Below, piece after piece: positions 43,766 to 56,576 of a stretch of 64,000 nucleotides of DNA. The stretch is from Dimorphilus gyrociliatus. Taxonomy: Eukaryota > Animalia > Annelida. The notes beneath the pieces are model-generated. The model did not search any database and was not told where the DNA came from. It worked only from the letters and a program-made list of their open reading frames with translations. The translations under genes and the position numbers were made by a program. Numbering within the stretch: position 1 is the stretch's first letter; every line of letters begins with the position of its first letter. The stretch is from positions 372,001 to 436,000 of the forward strand of contig CAJFCJ010000010.1 of NCBI GenBank assembly GCA_904063045.1, written 5' to 3'.

Positions 43766-45449
43766 GTATAGTACTTGATAATGAGTGCGGGTAAATTATA
43801 AACAAGGCCTATACATATACTTAAACTAATGGAAATGAATTGTATACACATACGCGAATGTCAATTTGATGTTATTATATTTCTAGGAAGAAGCAAGTCT
43901 TAAGCGAGAGTTTCCTTTCTTTTCTATTTAATTTATTGTGTGCAAAATAATGTTAGGTTCTATACAAGAACAGAGAAAGTATAGCATATATTCATATGCC
44001 AAAATATGATATGAATTATTACAGTGCATGCTGTATTGCACTAATATGCAGTATATATATAATAATAATAATATATATATATATACTGTATATACAATAC
44101 AAATGTATATAGCAGAAAAAAGACAAAGGAAAAGTTTGCACTTGTTTTCGTTGTCTATTAACCAGGCATAATAATAAAAAAGAAATACAAACGGAAGAAG
44201 ATAGGTTACTGAGGACATTTAGAAAAAATATTAAAAGAGAGTCTAAAGCATCGTTCGACCAAGTCTTTTTATAGTAGAAAATGTTAACGAGTCCTACTGT
44301 TTTATTAATGGAAAGTTTGCGTATCGGGAGTAGCTTTTTTTGCCAAATTTTTCTACTCGCTTAAATTGATTTGAGAGTTAGGGAATTCGAACGATGGGTA
44401 AATATTATTTTCCGCCATACTCCGTTAGTTATTTCTTTTTTCCCTTTTCTAAGCCTATATTGATTATCATATATAACTATGAAGAAATGACAAAGAGAAA
44501 GAAATAAGATGAATTAAATTTATTGATTGATATATACAGTTGGGAGAAAGAGAGAAGGTTTTTAACCTTTATTTCTATTTTAGGTTATCATTAGAGAGGA
44601 TTAAAATTAAAAAGACGGTGAAAAGAGAAAGCAGAAAGAGGAGAAAGGAAAAAGGAAAGAAAAAAACTCTATTCCTTCTAAAATATCTAAATGTAGCGTT
44701 GAATAGGATTACCGGCGATAATTATTCGTAGTTTATTAAATAGGAAAGAAGACAGAGAAAAGAGGAATAGAAAAGTCACGGAATAAAAAAATAAAAGTTA
44801 ACAGTAGACGTCAATGTGCATTATAAAAGAGTTGGAAATTAGAATAGATTCTTAATTTATAGCAAGAGATTAATTATTATATAAATATGTACTATTTATT
44901 AATTATATGGAATATTACGCCATTCCTTTTGTTTTCGCTGTTGTTTTGTATTTTCCTCATTGTTCCGATAATAAATAACGATTACATAAGTAAAATGTAC
45001 ACTACGAATGCTGACAAAAATTAAAGATCTAGAATACATCTAGGTATAAACCAAATGCGTAATAAATGCTATTTGTGGACTTTGCAGGTATATTTATAGG
45101 CCAATGTATCTATTATGTACATCTTTTATATCTTAATGAGAATGAACGTGTTTTGCACGCGTGACAAAGATGAAAAGTTAAATGGCACTATTTATAGATC
45201 GTCTAATGGCAGCTTTATTTCTCATATCGTTCGGATAAGCTAATTTCAGAGTCACCTGCTCTGAAAATACCATATAAATTACGAAAAAAGAATTTTTTTA
45301 TCGGAAATAGGCCTAAATGTATTATTAAAAATTATGAGTGCTTTTCAGTGTTTATATTAGATATGGATAGGAAAAGAATTGAAAGGGAAGCCTTTTTTCT
45401 CACTGTTATGGTTTGTATTACACAGTTGATTGGTTGATTAGTTTTTCAA

Positions 45450-47142
45450 TTAATAAGTATCGGTAATGAAAAAGTTAACATCGTCACCCTCGAATATAAA
45501 AGGTAGATTTCCATATAATAATAAATCATCTTGCATAATATCATATCTATAAAGCTTATTTTCAGCTAATAAGAACAAATATTCATCCTGAAAGGAGGCT
45601 ATTGCGCAACAATTAGGTAGACTATATAATTTTGAAACTTGTTGAGGACTAATAGATGGATAGAAGGCAAATAATTTCGTGTTGGTTTTCGACGGTGTAC
45701 TGAGGATGTACCAAGTTTCCTTAACTTTTTGCATTCTACCTAGAGGAATTGTCCATTGTAACTCAATCCAGTCACCACTAACGCCATCTTCTGCTTTGTA
45801 TTTAAGTACGCTTGCCTCTTTTAGAGATGTTTCAAAGACGACATATAAATTTGAGTTGAACGAGTATACATATTTAACATTTTCTGTAGGATAATCATTA
45901 GGAAATGCAGGTAAAGACTCCCATTTCAATTGAAAAATATTAAAGCGAGAACATCCTAAAAAGTGGGAATGGCTTCTCTTCCCTCCAACGATATATAAAT
46001 AGTCATATCCGTCCGTTTGCAAATAGCACGACGAATGCTTTCTCTGAATAATATTCATTTGAGCAGATTGCATCATTTGAAAAGGTTGACCAGCTATATC
46101 CGAATTAGTCCTAATATCCACCATCCAAACTTCTGACAACGCTCCATATCTTCCATAACGACCCCCTATATTAATGATACGATTAGTTAACAAAAGAAAA
46201 GTCGAATTAAAAAGTATACGCTCTAGATATACACATGTTATTGATTATATATGATTTAGTATAAGACTGTACATGTTTACAATAACTTAATGACAATATA
46301 AATTTATATAAATTTACTTAAATTTTACATATTAAAATCAATATTAACACCATTGTATACCTGTAACATAAAGATGTCCTTCATCTGTACAAGAAACTGC
46401 AAAATCTACTAAAGGTGTAGAATCTTTATTTGGGAGCTTTATAGCTCTCTTCAAAGTACACCTGCATCATATATACATACACATATATATATATATATAT
46501 ACATATATACACATACTGTATATAATAAATACATCTAAAATATATCTTTCTAACTGAGAATACCGACGAGCGTTCGTCCGCTAAATCTGTTTGTTTGTTT
46601 ATTTGTATGCAAGTATCATATTAAAAAAAATAATTTTCTCTCTAATTAAAAAAAACAGAATAAACGGTAGAAACATAATCTTTCCATCGAAGAGAAAACT
46701 CATTCTAATATTGTTGTATTAAATGTTAAAAGGAAATCAAAATTCTAAAATCTTAGCTCTCCTATAGAAAGAGAAGCACGAAATGATGAAAAATATATAG
46801 AGATTGATTGATTTTATAGTAACAAATAAATAAAATAAAACAATCTTGTTATTAATATAATTAGTTTTATGTTTTTGTTTATCAAATTGGAACGCTTTTT
46901 TCTGTGATATGAAATAATCTCCTTCATTTATTGATATATTATTAAAAATAGAATAGGATTAGACACCTACCTACGTATTTAATTAGGAAATACGTTTTTT
47001 AATTTTACAAATAAACAACTTACTTTTCTAAATCGAATATTAATATGAATTTGTTCGCAGATCCGTCCAAGTATCCGCCCAGAACGACGAAGCTAGGCCT
47101 AAGCTTGACACGTTCGAAAGTTGATACGCATCCAGTTCCCAT
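45450..47142 (-). CDS. Kelch beta-propeller protein without a BTB domain, 311 aa; exons 47142-47024, 46461-46361, 46165-45450
   Basis: Kelch GG motifs FVVLGG, LYVTGG and LYIVGG, with downstream Y/W positions (WESLP, WIEL). The ATG is in gccATGG context with an in-frame TGA three codons upstream. Phases are consistent. Confidence 0.8.
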
Positions 47143-50100
47143 GGCCGATCAGACTAGAATAATTGGCGGTGCTTAATGAATAAAACATTTGAAATAAAAT
47201 ATCGCAACGACACGCGAAAGCTGGTGTGGAAGAATCGATGCGGTCGTCAAACGGCGTCTATTAAACGTTAGCTACTCAATTTGTAGTTCAAGGCCGTCAT
47301 AATTTGAATAGAAAATGGACAGATCGAACAATTAACGAGGTAGTGTTAATTATATGCAGGAGAGAAGGAAGGAGGGGCGGGAGCGGGAGGGTACATGGAA
47401 AGAAGGGAGTGGAGGGAGGGGAGGGGGGAGTATAAAATATAAAGAAAAAGCAAATTAGATTTTTAATTATAATATAATTGTTAAAGATCGATGTCTTAGA
47501 GTAGAGAGTTAAGCTGAATTATTTAGCGCCTTGGTGTACGTTTGGACGCGTTAGACATGTCCCTCGTTTTGAATGAGCCATTCAATAAAACAAACATGTT
47601 ATCAGTATTTATTATGGAATACCTAACATATAATTTTCTATAAAAGTTTAATACAATGCAAACTTTTTCAGCTACTCCTATATACAGTAAACACATATAT
47701 ATATATATATAATTTTTTAGAATCGTTACCTTATTAGATGTGATTTTTTCCTTGTCGTATCAGAAAAAATGGAAGAGAACGAAAAATAATCAATTTACTC
47801 TTTCTTTTTTCACCATACTTGATTCCTTAAAGGAATATATTGTTTAGCACGGTAAAGCTTAATCCCTTATTAATTAATGACATGAAAAAAAATCAATAGA
47901 GCTTGTATTAATAGGTGTGGTTATCTATACGAACAAAAAGAACGGTAATAAAAAGGTTATTATGATAAAAAAATGATTAGTTTTTCTCTATTATTTTCAT
48001 TATTTAAGTAAAGAGTACCATAGAATATATTTAAAATAATTATGAGAACTCTTTTTTCAATTAAAATTGAACTTAAAGCGGTTACTTACTAATATTTAAT
48101 ATGTGTTCTAAATGATAGAAATGTTTTTTCTTTATATTAATTACAGTACTTGATAAAGTTAAAGATAGAAGAAAGAAAAGATCTCCTACATATCGGATGT
48201 GTTTCTTCTTGGTTGCTTTCTTTTTCTGAATAGAAAAAAAAAACAGCAGAAATAAAATAAACTAAATATTCAACGATTGTCGACCCCTGTTGATTTCATA
48301 TATAATCTGTTGAAATCGATACCATTCACACAATGTTACTAGATATTTTCTGCAATTTAATTTGTTTTTCCTTTTAAAAACGGGAATAAAAGAGAGGTGA
48401 GAGGAAAAATAAAAGAAATAGATTATTATTTTTCTTATTTGCGAATATAATATCTATTCTCCTCCTTTTCTTTTCGATCTTTTCATCGTTATTATTATTA
48501 ATTTCTTTGTCTTTCCCTCTCGTAAATGGTCTCTTTCTGATCACGAATACGAGTAAATGTCTAGCTAAATTATTAAAATTCATCATAAAAACAGCATGTA
48601 ACAAAAGAGAAAAACGTTACAATTTTTGTTTTAGCAAAACTCGTAATTATCACAGTCTAAAAAGGGTATAAATCATTTCCTTCCTATAAAAGTATTATGC
48701 AGATGGCGTATGCCAGTAACTCTAATTATGGGAATTTGTAGGACTTTTCCCCTTTGAAAAGTACGCTGTATCTGCAAATGGTATAAAAATATAATAAAGG
48801 GAAAAATATTAAAGAGAAAAGGATGTATAATAGATTATAAATTGAATTAACCCCAACAATTTTATAAAATAACTTTCACTCTGTTTGTCAATACAAAGTT
48901 AATATAGTACATTAGGTTTTTGCGGATAGCCTAATAAAAATACATAAGGGAAATATGAGAATATAAAAGCCTGTAAATACAGTCAGGAAAGGAATATAAC
49001 AGCTATATTCATGAAAGCCATTACCTTAACACTTAATTTACCTTAAAACTTCTTAAATATATTTAAAAGGGCCCATTTTCTCCAAGTTCTAATATGGATA
49101 ATTAGAAATTAAATTACATATCCATTCTAACGGATAAAATCCTCTGTTCTCTTTCCGTTTTTCCTCTTTCTTCTTCCCTCTACATTAAAGGCATATAGGT
49201 ATTAACAGTATATTTATACTGGTGGTACAATATACTCTTCCTCATTTTTGTAATTCTTTACTGTATCTACATTATAATTTTCTGTAAGAGAGTTCTTTAC
49301 CTTTTTTGCACTTTTTGTTAAGTTAACTTCTTAGAGAGTAAAAGAAAAACCAATTAGATATTCTTATTTGAGAGAACTGTCCGATTTATAGGATCATTTT
49401 AATGAGATTTAACCGTGGCGTGACCTAAAATTCTCTTGGAGTAGCACTTTTCTATAATTAATTGTTATTAACTTTTAATAGCGGATAGATCAGGTGATTT
49501 GCCAATATTATTTGAAATTTTATTTATTTTTAGTACTTTTAATAATACTTTAAAAAGCCAGCTATTATAAAAAAATACGTGACGAGCCATGAGAAGTCTT
49601 CATCTAATATGACATTTTACTACGTTAATTTGACAAATTTTCAAATAATTAAAAAATCCTGTGAAACGGCTAGTTATCTAAAATAGAAAAGATATGGTGG
49701 GTAGCTAATGACTAGGATTCGAGAAAGAATAATTTTTTATATGCTATTGTAATTACTTGTATTATTTATCTCTCTCTCTCTCTCTCTCTGTCTATCTATC
49801 TCCCATGCAGTATACCTTCCCTTGTTCTTTCAAAGCTAAACAACACTTTTCCTATTAATTACATCTGAAAAATATAAATCTAGGCCTAATGTTTATGCGA
49901 TCTAATTTCCAATTGCATTTTATTGTTTCCATTCATTTTTCTTTGAAGTTTTTGAATAGCCTTCAAAAATGTTTTATCACTAAAAGGCAATATTCATCAT
50001 GGATGAATCGTTTTCCTATTAATCCCATACAAATGTAATTGAATACTTAAAAATTTTTGGAAAACCGAAATAAACGTTCAACATCAGAATTCAACATATT

Positions 50101-50762
50101 TTGTAAGCCTACATGACTTTTTTGTTTGCTAACTTTATTATTTTAAAAGTATGTTTGGAAAGTAAAAAACTTAATAATTATATTTAGTTTTCCTTTAATT
50201 ATTTTATCAATAAATTGCAGGAAGTAATCAATCTTTACTTTTTTGTTGTTTTCTTTATGCAAATGATAATTAAAGTTAGAAACGCTAACGCCATCTAAAG
50301 TATTATTATAATGTTGTATATTTTTGAATGTATTGTGTTGAAGCCAGTGCTGGACTAATTATTAAAAAGGGGGAAATAGTTTATAGAATAATAGTTAGTA
50401 AATTAATAATAATTAATCAAATAATAATTATTATTAGATTAGATTGTTTTCATTTCTTTTTGTTTTTTCTTTTTAGTATTTTAGGAGAACTGGGAAATGA
50501 ACGAAATAGGGGAAAGATAATGAAAAAGAAAGAGAAGAGAGAGAGAGAGAGATGAAACATATAGACAAAGAGGTATAGGAATGAAAAGAGAAATATAGAA
50601 AACAATTAATATGAATAAATAAATGTTTAAAACAACTTGAATACAAATTTATGAAAAATTTAGTATTATGAGAAAATTTATACTAATTTATGAATATTAA
50701 ATTTTTTCTTTATCCAGCTGACTGTTTATTACTATTAAATAGATCTATAATGAATGTAAAAA

Positions 50763-50770
<8 letters not shown>

Positions 50771-50810
<40 letters not shown>
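50771..50810 (+). repeat. (AG)n microsatellite after an A-run
   Basis: Uninterrupted AG run seen directly. Confidence 0.9.
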
Positions 50811-50821
<11 letters not shown>

Positions 50822-52031
50822 TGAATGAAAAAATGATTTTTCTAATCAAATAAGAATATTTTGAATAAATTTAGTAAAAAAACAGTATTATTTCCCATAT
50901 CAATAAACTATTAAGGAGATATAGTTTTATCTTTTATATTAAAAATAAATAGTATTAATGGAACAATAATCAAAAATATACGTTCATTCTTATTTTCTAA
51001 TTGCTATTTGATTTCTTTGGAATAAATCCAAAAATTCAAAAATTAACAGTTTACAGAATTAAACTTGTTTTCAAATCTATATTTTATTACTAATTACAAA
51101 AAGAAAGTAGAATATTATCGTCTATAATATTTCCTTTAATTGCTTCCTCCTTAATATGTATTATATATACTGAAACTGCAACAAAAAAATAATAATCAAA
51201 AACTACTTTAAAAAAATCAAATAAGTATTTAACAATTTCCTTTCATATTTGTTTTTTTTTTAAATATTGATTCAAGTTATATTTAAAATAAATCTCTTAT
51301 TATTAAGAGTATGCTTAGAGCTTTAGAATGGTCTAATAGAAGGAAAACTTCAATTAATAACTTTAAAATGTATAGACTAAATTTGTATATCTATTGTATA
51401 TACTATATAAACAGTATATATGAATTTATACATTATAAACAATTATATACTGTTAAACAAATAGTATAAGTTTAGAATATCATCTTTAAAAAATTCAACT
51501 AATAGTTTATAAAAAGGGAAATATATATAAATATATAAATAGAATTGTATATTTATATTGAACATGTCATGATTCTCTTTTTCTAGGAAATATTTATTAA
51601 ATATAAAAAATAAATAAGGTTTTCCAAAATAAACATACATAGCACCTTTCCTTTATACATACACACGTATACACGTATCTCTTTTCAAGGATAAGGTCTT
51701 CAAATATAGATGTGATCATTGTTAAAATGCTAAGTATTTTTCTTTTTTTAAGTAACACAAAAAAAATAGTCGAGGTTTCAAAAAGGAAGAGAAAAATACG
51801 ATATCTTGACAGTTTTAAGCGTATTGAAAGAAATAAATAATTACATAAAAAAAAGCTTATTAATTAGTTTAATTTTGTTTTTTTAAAGAAAAAAAATTAA
51901 TATGAAAGAATTTTTTTTTTCAATAGCAAAACACAGCAATTCTAAAAAAAATTTTCAGTAATTATACATATATACTAATATATTTATAATTGCTTTTGTT
52001 GTATTAATTATGCGTTCTTTTGTCTATAAAT

Positions 52032-53409
52032 TTACAATTTCGTTCTCTCTTCTTCGTTTGGAAAAGAGTATCCGGAATTTATTGCTGTTTTGATTTGAAC
52101 GTATTGGGCGGCAACCCCCATCAAAGTGAATATCTGCCATAGAGAAATATTACATTATAATAAATAAAACAGTTTTACTTTAAATCGTAATATATAATAA
52201 TTTCATTAGAAGGTGTACATAATACATTATAATTCTATTACGAACCATTGTAAAAAAGAAACCACCAACGGATGCTAAAGCTATAGCATGAATAACCTCT
52301 AAATTATCGGCCTATTGATAAAAAAAAAAGGAAATTGAAACATTTTTTAAATATTCTTCTCTTTTTGTTATTTTTTTTTTAATTGAATAGATAATTAAGT
52401 AAATTAATTACTGTTTTCATTAGCTCTATCCCTTGAGGCGAATTTAAGAATTTAGTTCCTATATGATACAATATTATATCGCTATTAGTAAAAGTTGATT
52501 AAATAACTAAAGAAGAATTATAAGATATTACCGCCTTGTCCTAGTGTTCCGTTTCTGATCAATGGTTCTCCAGCGATTATCAATAAATAGACCACACCAT
52601 TAAAGAATAATGTACATAACCACATCAATAGGAGAATGAATGTAAAAGTTCCCAACTAGAGTAATTTAATAAGAAATTTAGTTAAATGTTTATAAACAAA
52701 ATTTAAAAAATTATGTTAAATATAGAAATTAAAGGAATCCTTTTTTACCCATATATTAGCAACACGGCCACAAACGTTTTTATTTTTCGTTCCAAATGCA
52801 TTCTGAACTACATTATTCTTTGCAAATCCTGCCATAATTAGGTAAAATGTGATCCATACAGCGGAAAAGAAGAGTAGACAATAAACTGTCAATTTAACAT
52901 ACCCAAATTGCCTATATAGTTAAAAAAGTTAAATATATTACTTGAAAGATATTTAAGAAAATATAAAAGTAGATTGTCGTATAGACCAATTTGCTAATTA
53001 ATTACATACTCAGATGTATAATTCTCAGAATAGATATTCAAATAGGATGACATATTTTGAACGAATTTTTCATAATCACTCAGGCCAATGTGATATACAG
53101 TTACCCAACAGATTAGGCAAACGAATCCAAACATCCATAATATGAATGGCAGAACGGGAATATAGCTTAAGCATATTCCACATCTTCGACAACATTTGTC
53201 TAAATTATAAAAAGAGATATTCAGTTACACGTCTTGTTTTCAATAATGTATAATACAATATTTTGTACATAGTTCTAATTCTATCTATCTACTGTAATTA
53301 ACCATAGCCTTTTCATCATTCTCTGAATATATATATATATAATATATACATTATATAGAATAGACGGTGTTAGTCTAGAAATTGAACAAATTTTATACTA
53401 ACTCGCCAT
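52032..53409 (-). CDS. Divergent PLP/DM20/M6 proteolipid family protein, 4 TM, 232 aa; 7 exons 53409-53403, 53199-53010, 52911-52749, 52655-52532, 52458-52412, 52311-52246, 52133-52032
   Basis: MANKCCRRCGICLSYIP (compare M6 C..CC..CL..IPY), AFGTKNKNVCGR..NIW (compare M6 YGDFK...CGRC.SAW) and TM4 GGFFFTMIFTLMGVAAQYVQIK (compare M6 AMVHYLMVLSANWAYVK). All seven exons are in phase. Not represented in the ORF track. Confidence 0.8.
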
Positions 53410-54220
53410 ATTCCTCAACGGTTTCTCAATGAGTTCGGTTGATATTCTATTTAGTTAATACAAAAGCTGGAGAGTAGTGCTAACGTTTAGGCTTTTCTGT
53501 CTTTATTAGACGTGCAATTAACAGAATTGGTACAATTATGTGTTTATGGACCTTTCGGCCTGCACAGTACCGACAAACATTCCGTTAATACTAAAAAGCT
53601 ATTCGTGATCGAAAGAGGCTGGGCCTACTGAATGAAAAAAAAAGCTTGTTGAAAACAAGTAATGCAATACGATCTTGTGTCAAAATTGTAATTAACGAGG
53701 TTCCCTATCTCTTTGTCTGTTATTTTTTCTCCCAAGATTGAAATTTGCTCTTTCTTATCTCTTTATTTATTATTTATATTAGGTACAGAATTATTTTATG
53801 ATCCTTTATTTTGATACAAAATGGATAAATTTTTCGAAGAGCCTACTTTAACCACTTTGCTCGCTTTTACATCTCCTCGTCCCGCCCTTTCTCCCCTCGC
53901 TCCTGCTATCTCTAATTCTGTAATATTATCTTAACAATTGAGGCTTGTTTTATAATGTAATAGAAGGGTATAGCTTACAGACACGGCTAAGGATAAAAGG
54001 ATATCTGTTTGTGCACTTATGAATATGTAAAATGTTGAAATTATTTTGTCTATGCATTCATCAAAGAAAATGATAAAAATGTAGTTTTGTCTATCCTTAA
54101 TGTTCCAATCGACTTGCTCTCCTTTTTTTGTGAATATAAAGACTTATTGAATTTTTTTTATTTTTTTTGACTAGATTAAAAATATCTCTTTCTCTTTTTT
54201 TTCTCCTTGGATACATTGAT

Positions 54221-56238
54221 CTAAACCTTAAAAACATATTCAATTTGCAATAGTCTTAAAAATAGACATAATAGTTTGTCGTTTAGTTTCGTGTTCTTAA
54301 TAGAAGATTTAACTTCGCTTAGTCGATCAGCTGTCATTTGGACATTAACGATTCGCTTTCTTAAATCGTCTTTTGTTTGATATAATATGTCAATACCAAG
54401 TCGTCGAGTTAAATAATCTGTAATTATCTTCTTATTGGTAAAAGCCGTTTGTTCATTCACAGTAACGGTTGATATCATTAAATTGAGGGCCTCCTCTGCA
54501 ATATGTCCATAAAACGATATGAAACAACCGCAACATTCAATATCATACGAAAAAACTAAATAAAAAACGATTACCTTCTAGCTTTTCCTTTGGTATAAGA
54601 AACGTGTCAAAATTCTTAAAGCGTTTTAAGTTCTTTCTATCAACTTCTGGCGATTCCTGAAATATTAAGTTAAACTTACAAACATAAGGTAAAAGTTCTA
54701 CATACAAATATAATAACTTGTATATGAAATATATAAACTCTAATACTACTTTTAATTTATCTTCACTTAAAAGTCGACGCTTTTTTATAAATGATTCATT
54801 GTCCACCTTGAAATCTAAATCACCATTAACATATGGTCTAATTCTAGCAGATGGTACAGATTTAGCAGATTTTTGGCTTAGTCTAGGCGAATTTTTCACT
54901 ATCGGTGAAAAAGGGCTTGCCGGTACATTTGATGAGCTAAATAAAGAGAATAAATGAGGACGAATGAGTAAGTTGATTAATGTGTCAAAGTCATTAACCA
55001 ATATAGATTAAGTTTCTTTATCGTTGAATTCAAATATGGCCTCAAATTTGAAACGGAAAGAATCTGCGAGGCTGTCGGTCTCAATTCAGCATCCTGGTTC
55101 AGGAGAACGGCTATTAAATCCTCCAAAATAGGGCCAAAGTAACTATGGTAAAAGCATACAAAACAATATTACTAAACAGAACAAACAAACAAATTAACTT
55201 ACGGGGATATTGGTTCATATTCTCCTTTTAATATAGCCATAACAAGGCCCGATAGATTATTACCTTCAAACGGAGGTTTCAAACAGCAAATGTTAAAGAG
55301 AACGCAACCTAAAGACCATATATCGCTGGATTTTCTATACCTTTAAAACATTTATAGCAATGAACTTTTTAATATATTTGAACCAATTATGCAATACTAT
55401 TACGGTAGCTTTTGACAAATTTCTGGACTAAGGAAGTATGGTGTACCAATAGCAGTTATGGCGTAATCTTGATCACTTTCAAGCATTTTAGCTATACCAA
55501 AATCTCCTACTTTAATAACGTTATGTGAAGTAAGGAATATATTATGTGTTTTCAAATCTAAACGATGTAAAGAGAGCATATTATAAGAATAAATCTGTCA
55601 ATAAATCAAAGGAAAAGACCTCTATGAAGAATATTCTTATCATGGATATACTTAATAGCCAAAGTGATTTGAATAAACCAATGGAATATATCCTATGAAT
55701 ATTAATATTTTTACAAGTTTGATTTTAATTATTACTAATACTTACGTTGATATCAAAGAAAATTCCTCTTTGATTATCAATTTTCTGCTGTAAATCTCCT
55801 AGAAAATTACAAACACACATACACCAACACAATAGAAACTAATCATTAGTTATTAAAGTTTTCTAAGCTTATATAGAAAGTAATAAAACCTTCTGTACAG
55901 TATTCCATAATTATGCATAAGTTGCAGTTGTCAACGAAAGCTTGCTTATATCTCACGATGTTGATATTTTTACAAATTGCCATAGCTTTAACTTCTGTTA
56001 TTGCTTGTTCACGTTTTTTTTCACACAACCTACTACAATCCACCTTAAATAAAGTTATTATATTTTTAATATTAATTATGATATCAATTAAGGAGTAGCT
56101 TTTTTGTTTTTTTTTTGTCTCATTTTATTTTCTTACCTGCTTTAAAACATATTTGCGACCAGTAGAATTCCTTGTACATAACCAAGCTTTTCCAAAAGTT
56201 CCCGCGCCGAGTAACAGTTCTTTTGTGAAATCATTCAT
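54221..56238 (-). CDS. NIMA-related (NEK) Ser/Thr kinase with a short linker and a C-terminal helical domain
   Basis: [24 protein letters not shown]|[44 protein letters not shown]. The last exon ([12 protein letters not shown]...LRLLQIE) resembles NEK1-type C-terminal helical domains. Paralogue not resolved. Confidence 0.92.
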
Positions 56239-56576
56239 AATAGAAGGTGAATTTATTCAACTTATTCAAAAAAAAGTTCTTTTGAATATAAATAAAGTAA
56301 TTAAAATTTTTTAAAAGACAGACTTTTATAAATACTAAGTTCTGCTCTATTTACTAGAATATATACATATATAAATAAATATATATATATATATATCTTT
56401 AAAACAATTAAATTTTAATCTAATAAATCAAAATAAGAATATGGCGGAAATAAAAAAAATTATTGCTAATGATATAAACTGGTAGAATTAGAAGCAATAA
56501 CTACAATTTTGCCAAAATATTGTTTTTGCACACTCGTTTACTTTCAATTATTCTTTTAAGTAAAACAATCAACGAA

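Noticed and set aside
42895-44731. Short ORFs rich in Ile, Tyr, Ser, Leu, Phe or Lys (also 9167-9403, 17367-17570, 32278-32505, 37397-37624, 41893-42075)
   Set aside because: These are translations of AT, GA or TAG microsatellites and low-complexity intronic or intergenic DNA.
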